A stretch of 64,000 bases of DNA. Origin: Octopus sinensis (Eukaryota). The translations under genes and the position numbers were made by a program. Location of the stretch: contig NC_043002.1 in assembly GCF_006345805.1 (NCBI RefSeq), forward strand, positions 93,124,001 to 93,188,000. The letters run 5' to 3'. Under the pieces are notes generated by a model. The model was not told the origin of the DNA and did not search any database. It was given only the letters and a program-made list of their open reading frames with translations. Numbering within the stretch: position 1 is the first letter of the stretch; each line of letters opens with the position of its first letter. Shown here in pieces: positions 13,390 through 26,547 of the stretch.

Positions 13390-14060
13390 TGCTTAACTAA
13401 ATCATATTTCCTATCATTGTGGAAGCTTTCTAAGTGGCTTTTTCCAGTCTCTTGGATACCACTCAGCAACTGCATGGATCCACCTGTTGTCTGCAAACCT
13501 TTTGACATGTCCTGTCCAGTGCAACTTGTGCTTTCAGTATTCTGTGATCATGATCACACTGTTCTCAAATTACCTTATTTTGGGCATGCTCTCACAGTGA
13601 CATTCCTAGTACGGCTCTTATGGTCCTTTCTGTTGAAGCCAATCTATGTTCTTCCTCTCTTGGTAGTAGCCTGTATCTTGACTGTGTATGAAAGTGCAGG
13701 TAGGACTGTGCTGTTGAAGAGACTGGCACATAGGGCTTTGTTCAGCTTTGCTTTGAGCACATCTTTTATTGAAGTAAATACCTTCCCTCCTGCCTTCATT
13801 CTCAAGATTTCTAACATCCATGTCTTGATGCATATTCACTGTGTGTGCCAAGTAAATCTACTCCTTTACTTCCTCAATTTCATTGCTTCCCACCTCAACA
13901 CATTGCATTTCCTGAGATTTCAGCACTGCATTCATTTCAACACTATCAAAGGCCTTTTCATAGCCACAAAAGCAACACACAGAAGCAGTTTGTAATCTTT
14001 TGCTCATTGTATAAGCTGAGTTGGAGGTGAATATGTGATCCATTGTCCTGTAGTTTATAT
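13390..14060 (-). mobile_element. Degenerate RTE-like LINE reverse transcriptase fragment
   Basis: Minus strand FCGYEKAFDSVE (DxEKAFD motif) and a ctggacaggacatgtc (W-GHV) segment, with many frameshifts. Confidence 0.6.
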
Positions 14061-15640
14061 GGAAATGTTTGCTCTCTTGGTTGCTGGTCATGCTGTGTGT
14101 GTGTGTGTGTGTGTATAATATCAACTAGGCACAAATTCAGATCCTTTTTGGTTCAGTGTTTTACTAAGTTACATTAACAAACAGTTAATTGGTCAATTGT
14201 AGTTTATTTAAACTAATTTCAATAATAGTCTGGATGTTTTAAGACTACACACTTAAATATAGCTTTTTCACACACACACAAGGAGGTGTGAAAGATCTGG
14301 TTGGAAACCTTCTGAGTTCTTTTACAGGGCTTAGAATAACTGAAGGACTGCTGCAATAATTTTGTGAATCTGAGAGGGGATCATGTTGAATAAAATCATA
14401 ATTAACTGACCCATCCTCCTGTATTTTCTTTTACCATAAGCCAGAAACATTTCAGCTCTCCCATATATATGTATATATATATGTACACATACACTACACT
14501 CATGTAAGGGCATCCAGCCGTAGAAACATTGCCAGATCAGACTGGACCTGGTGCAACCTTCTGGCTTCCCAGACCCCAGTTGAACCGTCCAACCCATGCT
14601 AGCATGGAAAGCGGATGCTAAACGATGATGATGATGATGATACACATCTGTTTTCAATGTTAGACATTAGATGAATATATCTTATTAATGCATCATTTTA
14701 CTGCCAGATGCCTTTTCTGTCATTTACCTCTCCCAACTTTTCAAGTAAGCAATCTTTTATTCTGCATTTTCAAAAGTGTAGAGCTAAGCCAGCTGTTGAT
14801 TTGTTAACAACATAGTGACAGCCTCACTATTTTGTAGCTCAGCAATTTTTCATGCAAAGTACACATGATGTAAACGTTATGCATAGATATATAAACACAC
14901 ACACGTGTGTATGTATATATATATATATATATATATACACTTATAACAGGTTTCATACAGTTTCTGTCTACTAAATCCATGTGCAAAACATTGGTCGGAT
15001 AAGGATTATAGTTGAAGATACTTGCCCAAGATGCCATGCAGTGGGACTGAACCTAAACCATGTGACTGAAAAGCAAACTTCACCACTCAACCATGCCTTC
15101 TGCCTACATAAATATATGGCTATGTGGTAAGAAGCTTGCTTCCCAACCACATGGTTTTGGGTTCAGTCTCAGTGCAGCACCTTGGGCAAGTGTCTTCTAC
15201 TATAGCCTCAGGCCGACCAAAGCCTTGTGAGTGGATTTGGTAAACAGAAACTGAAAGAAGCCCGTTGTATATGTATATCTGTATATGTTTATGTGTGTGT
15301 CTGTGTTTGTGCCCCAATCGTTGCTTGACAAGTGATGTTGGTGTGTTTACATCCCTGTAATGCAGCAGTTTAGTAAGAGACCAATAGAATAAGTCCTAGG
15401 CTTCTAAATAATAAGTCCTTGGGTTGATTTCTTCAACTAAAAAACCCTTTCAGGTGGTCCTCCAGCATGGCTACAACCAAATAACTGAAACAAATAAAAG
15501 AATAAAAGAATGTGTGTGAGTTTCAAAAATTAGACAAGATTGACAAAGGAAAAAACAGAAAATCCACACACAAGACATGGAAATGCTCTTTCCTTGTTAG
15601 TTATCGACCAAAAAAAGTAATTACAATTTTACACCTTTAA

Positions 15641-15975
15641 TGGCGTGGCTCAGTGGTTAGAGCGTCGAGCTTACAATCGTGAGGTTGTGAGCTCGAATCC
15701 CGGACCGGGCTGCGTGTTGTGTTCTTGAGCAAGACACTTTATTTCACGTTGCTCCAGTTCACTCAGCTGTAGAAAGCAGTTGCGACGTCACAGGTGCCAA
15801 GCTGTATCGGCCCTTGCCTTTCCCTTGGACAACATCGGTGACGTGGAGAGGGGAGGCCAGTATGCATGGGCGACTGCTGGTCTTCCATAAAAAAACAACC
15901 TTGCCCAGACTTGTGCCTCAGAGGGTAACTCTCTAGGTGCAAACCCATGGTCAGTGTCTGACTGAAGGGGGTCAC
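15641..15975 (+). mobile_element. tRNA-derived SINE family D (about 330 bp)
   Basis: A box tggctcagtgg, B box gagctcgaatcc, body tgtgttcttgagcaagacac. Copies at about 32780-33110, 37181-37520 and 51917-52245 (all +). Confidence 0.85.
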
Positions 15976-17247
15976 CATCACCAATGGTATATATATAGTG
16001 TGTGTGTGTCATTTGCCATCTGACACCTATCTCTATATATATTACTTGAATATACTAATATGAAACATGTTTCTAAATGACTGAGTGTAAAATCATATGT
16101 GATTTATTATAGATTTCAAACTGGTACTTTGTGAAACAACTCTGAGGCAATCTTAATTCAGATATTGCATCAATGCATCCCCACCTCGTGAGCTAATTGG
16201 TTCACAATCAAATATAGTGTTTTAATCCTCTTCATGGACTGTGATATATTCAGATATTAACCACTGAATCTTTGTTTGCTTGTCTGTACATGTTTATTCA
16301 AAGTAACCATAGTAGTGTCTGTAAGATTTGTCTTATTTATTTAATAAATCTAGTTAGATTTAAATGTTCCAATACATCTTTTTTTTTTTTTTTTTGCCTT
16401 TGGCCAGTTTTATTTCTCCAATGATGAAATTTTCTTCAGCTATTGAAAATATTTTTTTTTTTTTTAATATTTTTTTTTTATGAAGCTAAAGATTGAAGAT
16501 TTATCTTCACACCTTTGGTATTAAGGTTACTTTTTAACATCTATATGTTATTGTAAAAAATAAAGAACTTACAACACAGATTTATACCAGTAAAAATAAA
16601 ATGACATCAAGTCAGAAGTGATTAAGATATAAAAATATCTAAACACAAACATCCACGAACATCACAAGATTTATTGTCTGAGAATTGATTTCACCAGCAT
16701 CACCTAGTATTTTTCCTTCTCTATTTTTATCTTGTAAATACTAGCATGCATTAGATAATTCAGTGTGTATTAGTTTCCTTTAGTCTCAGCCATTCTCATA
16801 AATCATTGCCATTTTTTTTTACAACTTCCTAATTACCTTATATCATTTTAGCCTTCCTACTAACCATCAATCCAAAATACATTTTCATTTCACTCAGTTC
16901 TTATTACAAACACACTCACTCACCATGCTTCTATTCAACTAGCATGTTTTTTTTTTGTTGTTTTTTTTACTTCATATATCTTTCTGAAATACACCTTCAG
17001 TTTTTTAACCGTCTGATGGACATCTTAGATATCATTAGTGAACTATGTTTTTAGAGATGCTATTTCTGTGTTGTATGTAAATCATTGCATTTACTGCTCT
17101 ATTAGTTGTAGCTCATTGTTTCTCATGTTGTATGTAATTATGATATCATCTATTTAAAAACCAAACTCAGTATGTGCCAACTATTCCTTATTATTCCTGT
17201 AACATGTTGCATCTGCATTTGGTTTTGCCCCTGGCACTTCAATTTAG

Positions 17248-17322
17248 GTCTAGTAGCAGGTATCCAAGTGCAGGTCCTCCAAAGTTGCGGAAATATCAGT
17301 TTGAGACAATGCCTCGAGAGTA
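17248..17322 (+). CDS. SMG6: Probable 75-nt symmetric (phase 2-2) cassette exon, (K)SSSRYPSAGPPKLRKYQFETMPRE(Y)
   Basis: aatttag acceptor and gtaagt donor. Stop-free in the frame required by the flanking exons, length divisible by 3, and located in a repeat-free stretch. No homology recognised. Confidence 0.6.
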
Positions 17323-19179
17323 GTAAGTATTTCCCTAGTTGACCATTTCGACTGCATTGGCTTGAAACTGTTTTTCCCCTTTACCTTAATTGGATCACTA
17401 ACCTTCACTGTTTGATACAACTAGGTTTACTTTGTGTTTTTGGTTGTGTAGTTTCTTTTTTTTTTTAACTTTTCAATTCTAAACTAACTACTTGTGCTGG
17501 TTTTTGCTTCAAAAGGTTTGTATAACTATCGTAATAAAAAGAAGAAAAAAATTAAAATAATCATTTTACATCTTTAATCTCTTTCGTAGCTTTTTCTTCC
17601 TCTTCTTTGTTCACAAAACCGAGAGATATTCAGTGATATTTAATACTGAGTAAGTTTTGTGTAATGCATTGGGGTTACACTGATGATGCAAAGGTTAAGT
17701 GTAAAGTTGGTGCTTAAACAATTGGCTAAAGAGACTTCTAAAGGTAAAGGTGTGTGGTTCATACTGGATGTGTGATGGGAATGATGTTCAAGTTATTGTA
17801 GTGAAGTAGAGGAAACTGGCATGTTCTCTTCACATTTAAAAAATTTGAATCAGTATTATTTGATTTTACTTCACTAACAACAAACATAGATGTAAGTTAT
17901 TCCAAAGATAATTAAATTGATAGTACAGATTGTAGTTTTAGAAAGTTTTCCTATAATATCTTAAATTGTAAAGAATCTGTTATAAAAGTACAGAAAGGGT
18001 TGAAATTATGAGATTAATTTTTGAATTTGAAGAACACATGTATGGAATGTGAAACTTATTGAATTCAAAAAGATTTATGCAGCTTCCTTCTTAATATCCA
18101 TGTCTAAAACTGACAAGATAATAGCATTGAGAATAAAGACGTGGAAAAAGTTAAATTTTAATCCACCTACTTATGTAGTTGTGCATGTTACTTGTTACTA
18201 ATAATGATAATATGAACAACAGATTTGCTTAATACATCTAAGAAAACAAATGTAATTAGAGGACGATAACATATGAGTGGAAGCTCGTGAAGTAGTTAGT
18301 ACTTGAGTTTTCAGGTGGAGCGTCAGGTATAGCTTTTGTTGGAGTGTCTTTGGCATTATTGGCTAAAGACATAAGTCTTCCTTACAATTAGTGAAGATTT
18401 CTTTTTTTTTTCTTTTTTTTTTTTTGCCCAGTGTTAGTGTGCTGGGTAAAACGCTTATTGGCATTTCATCTGTCTTTACATTCTAAGTTCAAATTCTGCT
18501 GCAGTCAACTTTGTCTTTCATCTTTTTGGGGGGTCAATTAAAATAAGTACCATTTGACAACTAGAGTTGATGTAATCAGCTCTCCTCTGAAATTGCTGGC
18601 CTTGTACCAAAATTTGAAACGAATATATCTTTTGCTATGTTAATGAATAGAACAGGCCTTCAGTGTGTCACATTGTCATAGTATCAAATATAAATTCACA
18701 TCTAGTTCTTGAATATGGAGGAAAATGGATGCTGAAATGATAACAAGTTATCGGGTCTTTCATAGTTGTTATTTTATAATCTTTAACATTGTAAATTTTT
18801 CGTGTTGATGATGTACTGCATGGAATCTCTTTTAAATTTTCAAGTTATGAAATACTACAGTTACATGTAATCAAATGATTGATTTTTGTATGGTATAATA
18901 TTGATGATGTCAGTTAAATTGACTACATCAATCAAAAGATATTGTAAATTGATATTGAAAGTAAAAACTACCATATAGCCAAATATATTTCTTGTGTTAC
19001 TTGTCTGCTGAGACATTCTTGGTGCACCATTTCTTGAGTAAGCATTTATCTGTTAAAGTTGAATTTGGTACCTCTTCCCCCATCCAATTTTGGAGGTTTT
19101 CTGTTTGGCCTCACTAAATGTTGATCCAGCCAGAATACTTTCTGTCACTCAATATTGAATTTATTAATTAAGTTTAAAT

Positions 19180-21530
19180 CATCTGATGCCAAGTTTACTC
19201 AGTACGAAATGTTTCAGATGCTTGAAGAAAATACTATCGAGCCTAGTGAGTCACTGCAGTGAGCACAAATATGTATCATTAACAATAACAACAAAATGTT
19301 TAGTGGTTGACTGCTCCAAAACTATTAATAAATTCACTTATTTAGATGCTTACCCACTGCCCAACTTCGTGAACAAAATATCATGTGAGATGATACTGTA
19401 ACAGTTGACTGATGTAACCTGTACCACTGTATTGTGTTACAGCTCATTGATAAAGTATTTCCCATTTTTGAGGCAACTGGTCAATTGTTTCTGTTCAACT
19501 GCCTTATAAACAGTATTACCTGTCTTTCAATGAACTATTGACAGATGTTGTATGTGGTAAAATATAATAAAAGGAACATGACAAAAATTCATCTAAATAC
19601 TTAAGTTACTCTTTTACTCTCTTTTACTTGTTTCAGTCATTTGACTGTGGCCATGCTGGAGCACCGCCTTTAGTCGAGCAAATCGACCCCGGGACTTATT
19701 CTTTGTAAGCCCAGTACTTATTCTATCGGTCTCTTTTGTCGAACCGCTAAGTGACGGGAACGTAAACACATCAGCATCAGTTGTCAAGCAATGCTCGGGG
19801 GACAAACACAGATACACAAACACATACACACACATACATATATATATATATACATATATACAACAGGCTTCTTTCAGTTTCTGTCTACCAAATCCGCTCA
19901 CAAGGCATTGGTCGGCCCGGGGCTATAGCAGAAGACACTTGCCCAAGATGCCACCATGTGGTTGGTTAGCAAGCTACTTACCACACAGCCACTCCTGCGC
20001 CTATTTCATAAATAGTTGTTCATGAATCTAATATGTGGCACTGAATAATGATAAATATAAATTCACAACTAACTGTCTGCATTCTAGGTTATCAGATTAA
20101 CCATACAAATTGCTTCCTGGTTTCCCACATTTAACTTAGTCATATTTGTATCAACAAATGAGCAACAGGTCTTATTACTTATTATTGTTGGTGGGTTCCT
20201 CACTCCTCTGAAAGAATATGGCCCCTAATCAAAATCCGGTTTCTGCTCCCAGAAGAAGCTATCATGGGGCCTGTCAAGGTTAAAGTCAAAGCTACCATCA
20301 AGGTTACTCATAATCAAAATGGTGGACCTTTGGCAGTGTTTTTTCAGCCACTAAATTCTACCTAGAAAAGTCATTGCACAGTAGAAAAACTGTCAAAAAA
20401 TGGCATCACTTTCTCTTAGGCAAGTCATTTTCCCTAGTGTCTGATTGGAAAACTCAGATGCTCAATGAAAAGAAAAGTTAGATTAAAAATGAGAAAATAT
20501 CACACTGGCAATTTAAACTTATGCCATTTCTGTTATGAAATCTTACAATATTATGAATCCCTTTAATACTGCCACATAATATAACTATTCTGTAACTTTT
20601 GTGGTACTGCTTCACAGAGTAACCACTCAAAAACTCTGCTAATCTCTCAACTGATCGCAATATCCTTGGTGTACTACTTTGTGATCATCATCATTTAACA
20701 TTTGTTTTCCACACTGGCATGGGTTGGATGATTTGACGGAAGCCAACCAAGTAGAGGGCTACACCAGGCTACTCTGTCTGTTTTGGCATGGTTTTTATGG
20801 CTGGATGCCCTTCTTAATACCAACCATCCTGTAGAGTGATCTGGGTGCTTTTTACATGGTACCAGCACAAATGAGGTCTGTTTTGGCATGGTTTTTACAG
20901 CTGGATGCCCTTCCAAATGCCATCCACTTTGTAGTAGTGTGGACTGGATGCTTTTTATGTGGCACTGCACCAGTAGGGTCACCAAGTAACTTACAAGACT
21001 TGCAAGGAATTTTGAGTGGGGAGAGGGAATTGGAGGAGGTGATCTTGTATCAGATGATGAAAAATATTTCTGGATACTACATTTGTCAAAGGATAATGCC
21101 ACAGTACTCTCATCATTTTACTGGATATGTCCATTCAGGTCAAGGGACTTCCTTTGTCTCCTGAACTGAAGTGCTTCATGTATGATTGACATGACTCAGC
21201 TGCCCCTACCACATTACTTGAAATAGATGGTGAACATTTGTTGGTATTGTTTTGAAAACTTGACCCCCCCCCCCAAAGAATCTGTTCAGTTTGATGTGTT
21301 ACAGTCACTGTGATCCACAAACTCCATGAACATCTGTTCATCAGGCTTTCCTTGCTGGGAAAGGTTCTGTTAAGGAGAGACATTTGTAATAAGGATAACC
21401 CTTTTGCCAAAAATGTTGTACTTACGGAATCAAATCCCCACTATGCTCACATTTGTTTTCCTAGTAGCAGTATAGATACTGTGTCAATTAGGGATTTAGC
21501 CCCCAACAAGAGATTTCCTCAATGAGGCTG
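19180..21530 (+). mobile_element. Fossil Ty3/Gypsy LTR-retrotransposon pol fragments, interrupted by younger repeats
   Basis: RT-like LVVDCSKTINKFTYLDAYPLP (ORF 19186). Integrase-like YVHSGQGTSFVS (about 21125). Integrase C-terminus VLLRR...NPHYAHICFP...TVSIRDLAP (ORF 21310). Confidence 0.7.
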
Positions 21531-23230
21531 AGTTTGAGCATGACGAGTCCTCTAATTAAATGTATTGAAATTCCTGAAAATAGCCTTGATTTCTTTAACC
21601 TGATTCCTGCACAATAACCCAATTAAAACTTTTACAGACTTTGTGACTCTGTTCTATTCACATTAGAAGACCAAATAAAAGATATGGTTGAACCTAAAAT
21701 AAAATATATTGAGACACTCTTCTAATAATTTACTCAGTTGGTCATTCATATTGCCAATATGTAGTGGGGATTGTGAAGAACATATACTATTATAATAAGA
21801 GAAAAGATTCTATTGCTGTGCGCTGTTACCTCTGGTATTTCTGTCAATGAAAGTCATAGTGAATTAAAATCTGACTGATTACATCTAAGGTGGTTCTTAT
21901 TTGAGATATTTTCTTGTACATATGTTAGGTAGTTAGAAATTTATGTTTAGCAAAAATTTTAATTGTTGTTTTCACTCAAAATCAGCTCTGACTGATAATC
22001 AATGATCATCTCATCATTTTTCTAAACACACTGCAACTAGGCCCACATTATTCAATGTATCCTTTATTAAGACAGCAGAGCATGAGTTGATAAAGGTTCA
22101 TAAAGGATTGAATGATAGAACTCTGTATTAGATATTTTACAGTATTTAGTTTGTCTGTTTTGAGTTCAAATCTGGCTGGAGCTGGCTGTCTTTCAGCTGT
22201 TCATAGTTGATAGAGTGACTATGCTCACTCCCATAAAATATGTGAGATAGTGCCACTATACAAAATCCTTATTAGTTTTGACTGTATGGTTAAGAAACTT
22301 GCATCTCGACCATGAAAACTTGGGTTCAGTCCCACTACATGGCACCTTGGACAAATACCTTTTATTATTGCGCCAGGCTGACCAAAGTTTTGTGAGTGGA
22401 TTTGGTAGGTTGAAACTAAAAAGAAGCCCATCATATATGTATGTGTGTGTCTTTGTTTTGTTTTGTATTGTGTTTGTTTCCCACCACTGCTTGACAACTG
22501 ACATTGGTTTGTTTATGTCCCTGTCACTTAGCAGTTCAGCAAAAAAAGCCAATAAAATAAGTACTAGAGTCAATTTGACTGAACCCTTCAAGGTACTGCA
22601 CCAGCATCATCACAGTTTAAAAGTAAAACATAAAATATATATTCCTGGAATGCTAAATGCTTGATTCCTCTGGGTCTTTTTTTAACTATATATAGATGTT
22701 ATTAGAATTTTAAAAAAAAACCTCTTCGTAATGTAACATGAAGATGTTGTATATCAGAGGTACTGGCAATTTCAACTAAATAATTAGCATTGTATGTTAA
22801 CAAAGGGACTTTTGTGTAGTTACTTGATCTGATAGAAATAACAACCAAATAAGAGGTGCCAACAAAAGAACCTCTATGTAATCACTTGACCTGCTAAAAA
22901 ATAGCCACCAAATTTCTCATATCATACTCTACTGTCTTATAAAAAAAAATACAACATTATTTAATGTCATCTCAAATTATGGTGGGTGTCACAGTTGGAA
23001 TGCTTTTGATCAGAAAACTGCTGGCTCAGAACCGAGCTGGGATTAAATGACAACAACCAAACTCTGTTCATAAGGCAGTGAACTGGCAGAATCATTACTA
23101 TGCTGGGCAAAATGCTTAGTGGTACTTCATCTGTCTATGATCTGAGTTCAAATTCTGCCAAGGTCACCTTTGTCTTTCATCCTTTCAGTATTGATAAAAT
23201 AAGTACCAGTTGAACACTGGGATTGATATA

Positions 23231-23459
23231 TATTTCTTTTACTACCCACAAGGGGCTAAACATAGAGGGGACAAACAAGGACAGACATAGGTATTAAGTC
23301 GATTACATCGACCCCAGTGCGTAACTGGTGCTTAATTTATTGACCCCGAAAGGATGAAAGGCAAAGTCGACCTCGGCGGAATTTGAACTCAGAACGCAGC
23401 GGCAGACGAAATACCGCAAAGCATTTCGCCCAGCGTGCTAATGATTCTGCCAGCTCGCA
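23231..23459 (-). mobile_element. Young Nin-domain-like SINE (family B) nested in an older copy of the same family
   Basis: TSD ggattgatata at 23220-23230 and 23460-23470. Minus-strand core gcctttcatcctttcggggtcaataaattaagcacc. Confidence 0.8.
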
Positions 23460-24949
23460 GGATTGATATAACTGACTTAATCCCCTCTCCTGAAATTGTT
23501 GGCCTTGTGCCAAAATTTGAAATCAGTATTATGCAGAGTTCAAATACTGCTGAGGTCATCTTGTCTTTCACCTCTTTTGGGATTGATAAAATAAAATACC
23601 AGTCAAGTACGTGTGTGTGTGTGTGGGGGGTATGTTATCGACTATTCCCCATTTCTCCTCAACTTGCTACCCTTGTGCCAAAATTTGAAACAGTATTATG
23701 CAGTGTCAACCAACTACTTAAAGTCTGAAACTATGGAATGTGAAAAAAAAATTGGTGAGTGTCTAAATCAGTAAATTGTCAGTACTAGGAGTTTCCAAAG
23801 TTGTATAAACTAGTTGGCTTTGTGGTAAGAAGTTTGCTTCTCAAGGCATGGATCAGGGTTCTGTTCTTCTGTGTGGCACCTTCGGCAAGTGTCTTCTACT
23901 ATAGCCTCAGGCTAAACAAACCCTTGTGAGTGAATTTAGTAGACGGAAACTGGAAGAAACCTATTGTGTGTGTGTGTATCTTTGACAACTGGTTTGGTTG
24001 TGTTTACATCCCTGTAACTTAGCAGTTTGACAAAAGAGACTGATAGAATAAGTACTAGTCTTGGAAAAAAAAAAGTACTGAGGTTAAGATTCATTCAACT
24101 AAAAATTCTTTAAGGTGGTGCCCCAGCATGGTTGCAGTCTAATGACTGGAGAAAGTAAGAGATAAAAGATTTAGAAGAGAAATTTAATGTTTTGGACAGG
24201 GCTTTTCATTGGAGAAATTATTAAATATTGACTTTGTACCTATTTAAATGAAATCTTTCTTAGATCTCTTTCAGTACGTAATTTGTTGTCCACTGATCAT
24301 TATTTCAACTTTCCAAAGTGGATAAAATAAATCCCTATGATATATATTCAGCCATCATCTTCATTTTATATCCAGTTTCCGATGCCAGCATCAGTTGGAT
24401 AAGTTTGCACAGTCAGAGAGTCAGCACATATTAAGAGGTACTGCTCACCAAGATGAGTAGGAGGACTGCGTTTTGCTCATGTATTTAGTTTTTGGCTTGG
24501 TCTCTATGATTGATGGCTTTCTTAAAACCAACTATTTCACAATGTATACAGAATGCTTTTTATGTGCCACCAGCACTAGAGAGGTAACTATGTCCTTGAC
24601 ATGACTAAAGAGACCTCTTAACTCCATGTCTCTGCTTGTTTACCAAACTCTTTTACAGATTGAGAGACAATGATGATAGTGATAAATAAGAAGGATGCAT
24701 GATAGGAATACTCAGTTCTTTGAGTTATTGTATGTATAATCAAATCAACATGACCAAGAAAATAGCAGAATGATAGAAGGTAATATGACCCAAGATATAT
24801 ATATATAGTTTACTTTTCTGTTAAGTACTCCATCTGGCAAGAGATAAAAATTGTTTAAAGTACATCATATATACAGTTCTATATTTAAGAAATGAGGAAT
24901 TATGTGCATTATTTACATTTGATGGATACTTGTCCTCATCTTGTTTGTT

Positions 24950-24995
24950 AACACAATATTTCGGCTGATATACCCTCCAGCCTTCATCAGGTGTC
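24950..24995 (-). ncRNA. Minimal type I hammerhead motif with intact core
   Basis: Minus strand reads GACAC-CUGAUGA-A-GGCUG gaggguauau CAGCC-GAA-A UA U-U-GUGUU. Stem I GACAC/GUGUU, 5-bp stem II, palindromic AAUAUU stem III. Confidence 0.7.
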
Positions 24996-25275
24996 TTGGG
25001 GAAATTTCAAACCTGGGTTTTCATTCCTAAGGTATTTTTCAGTGTTATTATTATTATTATTATTCAGGTCACTGCTTGGAATCAAACTCGGAATCTTGGT
25101 GTTAGTAGCCTGCACTCTTAACCACTACACTCACGGGCATATGGCGTAGTGGTTAAGAGCGCAGATTACTAACCCCAAGATTCCGAGTTTGATTCCAAGC
25201 AGTGACCTGAATAATAATGATAATAATATTGCAAAATACCTTAGGAATGAGAACTCAGGTTCAAAATTTCCCCAA

Positions 25276-25320
25276 GACACCTAATGAAGGCTGGAGGATA
25301 TATCAGCTGAAACATTGTTA
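25276..25320 (+). ncRNA. Degenerate hammerhead motif (core CUAAUGA, G5A)
   Basis: gacac ctaatga a ggctg gaggatatat cagct gaaa catt gtt; mirror of 24950-24995 with a core substitution. Confidence 0.5.
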
Positions 25321-25455
25321 ACAACAAACAAGATGAGGACAAATATCCATCAAATGTAAATAATGTACATCATATATAGTTATGAGCTACTAATAGTTTC
25401 ATACATAAACCTGCTTAAAAAGCATCTCTAATGTATGAAACTATTAGTATCTTTT

Positions 25456-26240
25456 AGACCCAGGAAGACATGGGATGAGGTGGTGAAGCACGACCTTCAA
25501 ACATTGAGCCTCACAGAGGTGATGACAAGTGACCGAGACCTTAGTAGTATACTGTGCTTGAGAAGGCCTAGCAAGCCAAATGAGATTGTAGCTGTGGCCA
25601 GTGTCGCATAACTGGCCCATTTAAATGTACCCTTCAATTGTCGGGACATATGCTGTGCTTGAGAAGACCTGTTGAGTCAAGTGAAATTGTAGTCCTAGCT
25701 GAGTCCAGTGTCACCTGGCTGGCACCTGTGCTGGTGGCACATAAAAAACACCATTCAAGTGTGGCCAGTGCTGCTTGACTGGCGCTTGTGCTGGTGGCAT
25801 GTAAAAAGCACCATCTGAGCATGGTCAATGCTAGTGCTGCCTGACTGGCTTCCGTGCTGGTGGCATGTAAAAAGCACCATTCGAGCATGGTCAAGGCCAG
25901 TGCCACCTGATTGGCCCCTGTGCCTGTGACACATAAAAAACACCATTCAAGTGTGATCGATGCCAGTGTTGCCAGACTGGCTCCCATGCCAGTGGCACAT
26001 AAAAAGCACCATTTGAGCATGGTCAGTGCCAGTGGCATCTGACTGGCTCTCATACCAGTGGCACATAAAAAGCACCCACTATACTCTTGGAGTGTTTAGC
26101 ATTAGGAAGGGCATCAGGCTGTAGAAACCTTGCCAGATGAGATTAGAGCCTGGTGCAGCCTCTTGGGTTGCCACTCCTCAGTGAAACTGTCCAACCGATA
26201 CCAGCATGGAAAGCAGACATTAAACGACAACGATGATGAT
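25456..26240 (+). mobile_element. RTE LINE 3' end: ORF C-terminus, 3' UTR with minisatellite, (GAT)n tail
   Basis: RPRKTWDEVVKHDLQTLSLTEVMTSDRDL, then repeats of ggtggcacataaaaagcaccatt, then taggaagggcatc, then gatgatgat. Confidence 0.8.
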
Positions 26241-26479
26241 TATTTGTATATTTTATGTGTAAAAAATTACTCGGAGTTTTATCTTGGCTACCGAATAATT
26301 GTCACATATTACATTTACAGATAAATTCCTCTGTTTACATAATATTGAGGTCTCTTTCTTTCTTTTGTTATCTTACCGTTTTTATATATATAATTGGAAA
26401 AAAACCACCTTTTATCAATTCAACAATGAAAAAAATTAAATTGAATTTTTCCCTGTAAGTTTGGAATAATGTTCCCTAA

Positions 26480-26547
<68 letters not shown>

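Larger units (their letters stand above)
24874..25370. mobile_element. Palindromic head-to-head element; each arm is a tRNA-like head, (AAT)n, a hammerhead and a tail
   Basis: Arms 24902-25130 and about 25143-25370 are reverse complements. Direct repeat gtacatcatatata at 24860-24873 and 25365-25378. A box TGGCGTAGTGG at 25142-25152 and B box GAGTTTGATTCC at 25185-25196. Confidence 0.85.

Noticed and set aside
13348-13995. 215-aa plus-strand ORF
   Set aside because: It is the antisense frame of a decayed RTE fragment, with no splice or homology support.
25135-25207. Functional tRNA gene
   Set aside because: A and B boxes are present but no complete acceptor stem forms, and it is part of a repeat. 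The same applies to the other SINE heads.
26269-26480. Repeat-like fragment beginning ACTCGGAGTT, a possible hammerhead stem III remnant next to (TA)n
   Set aside because: The catalytic core and stem II are absent here, so it cannot be supported from this window.
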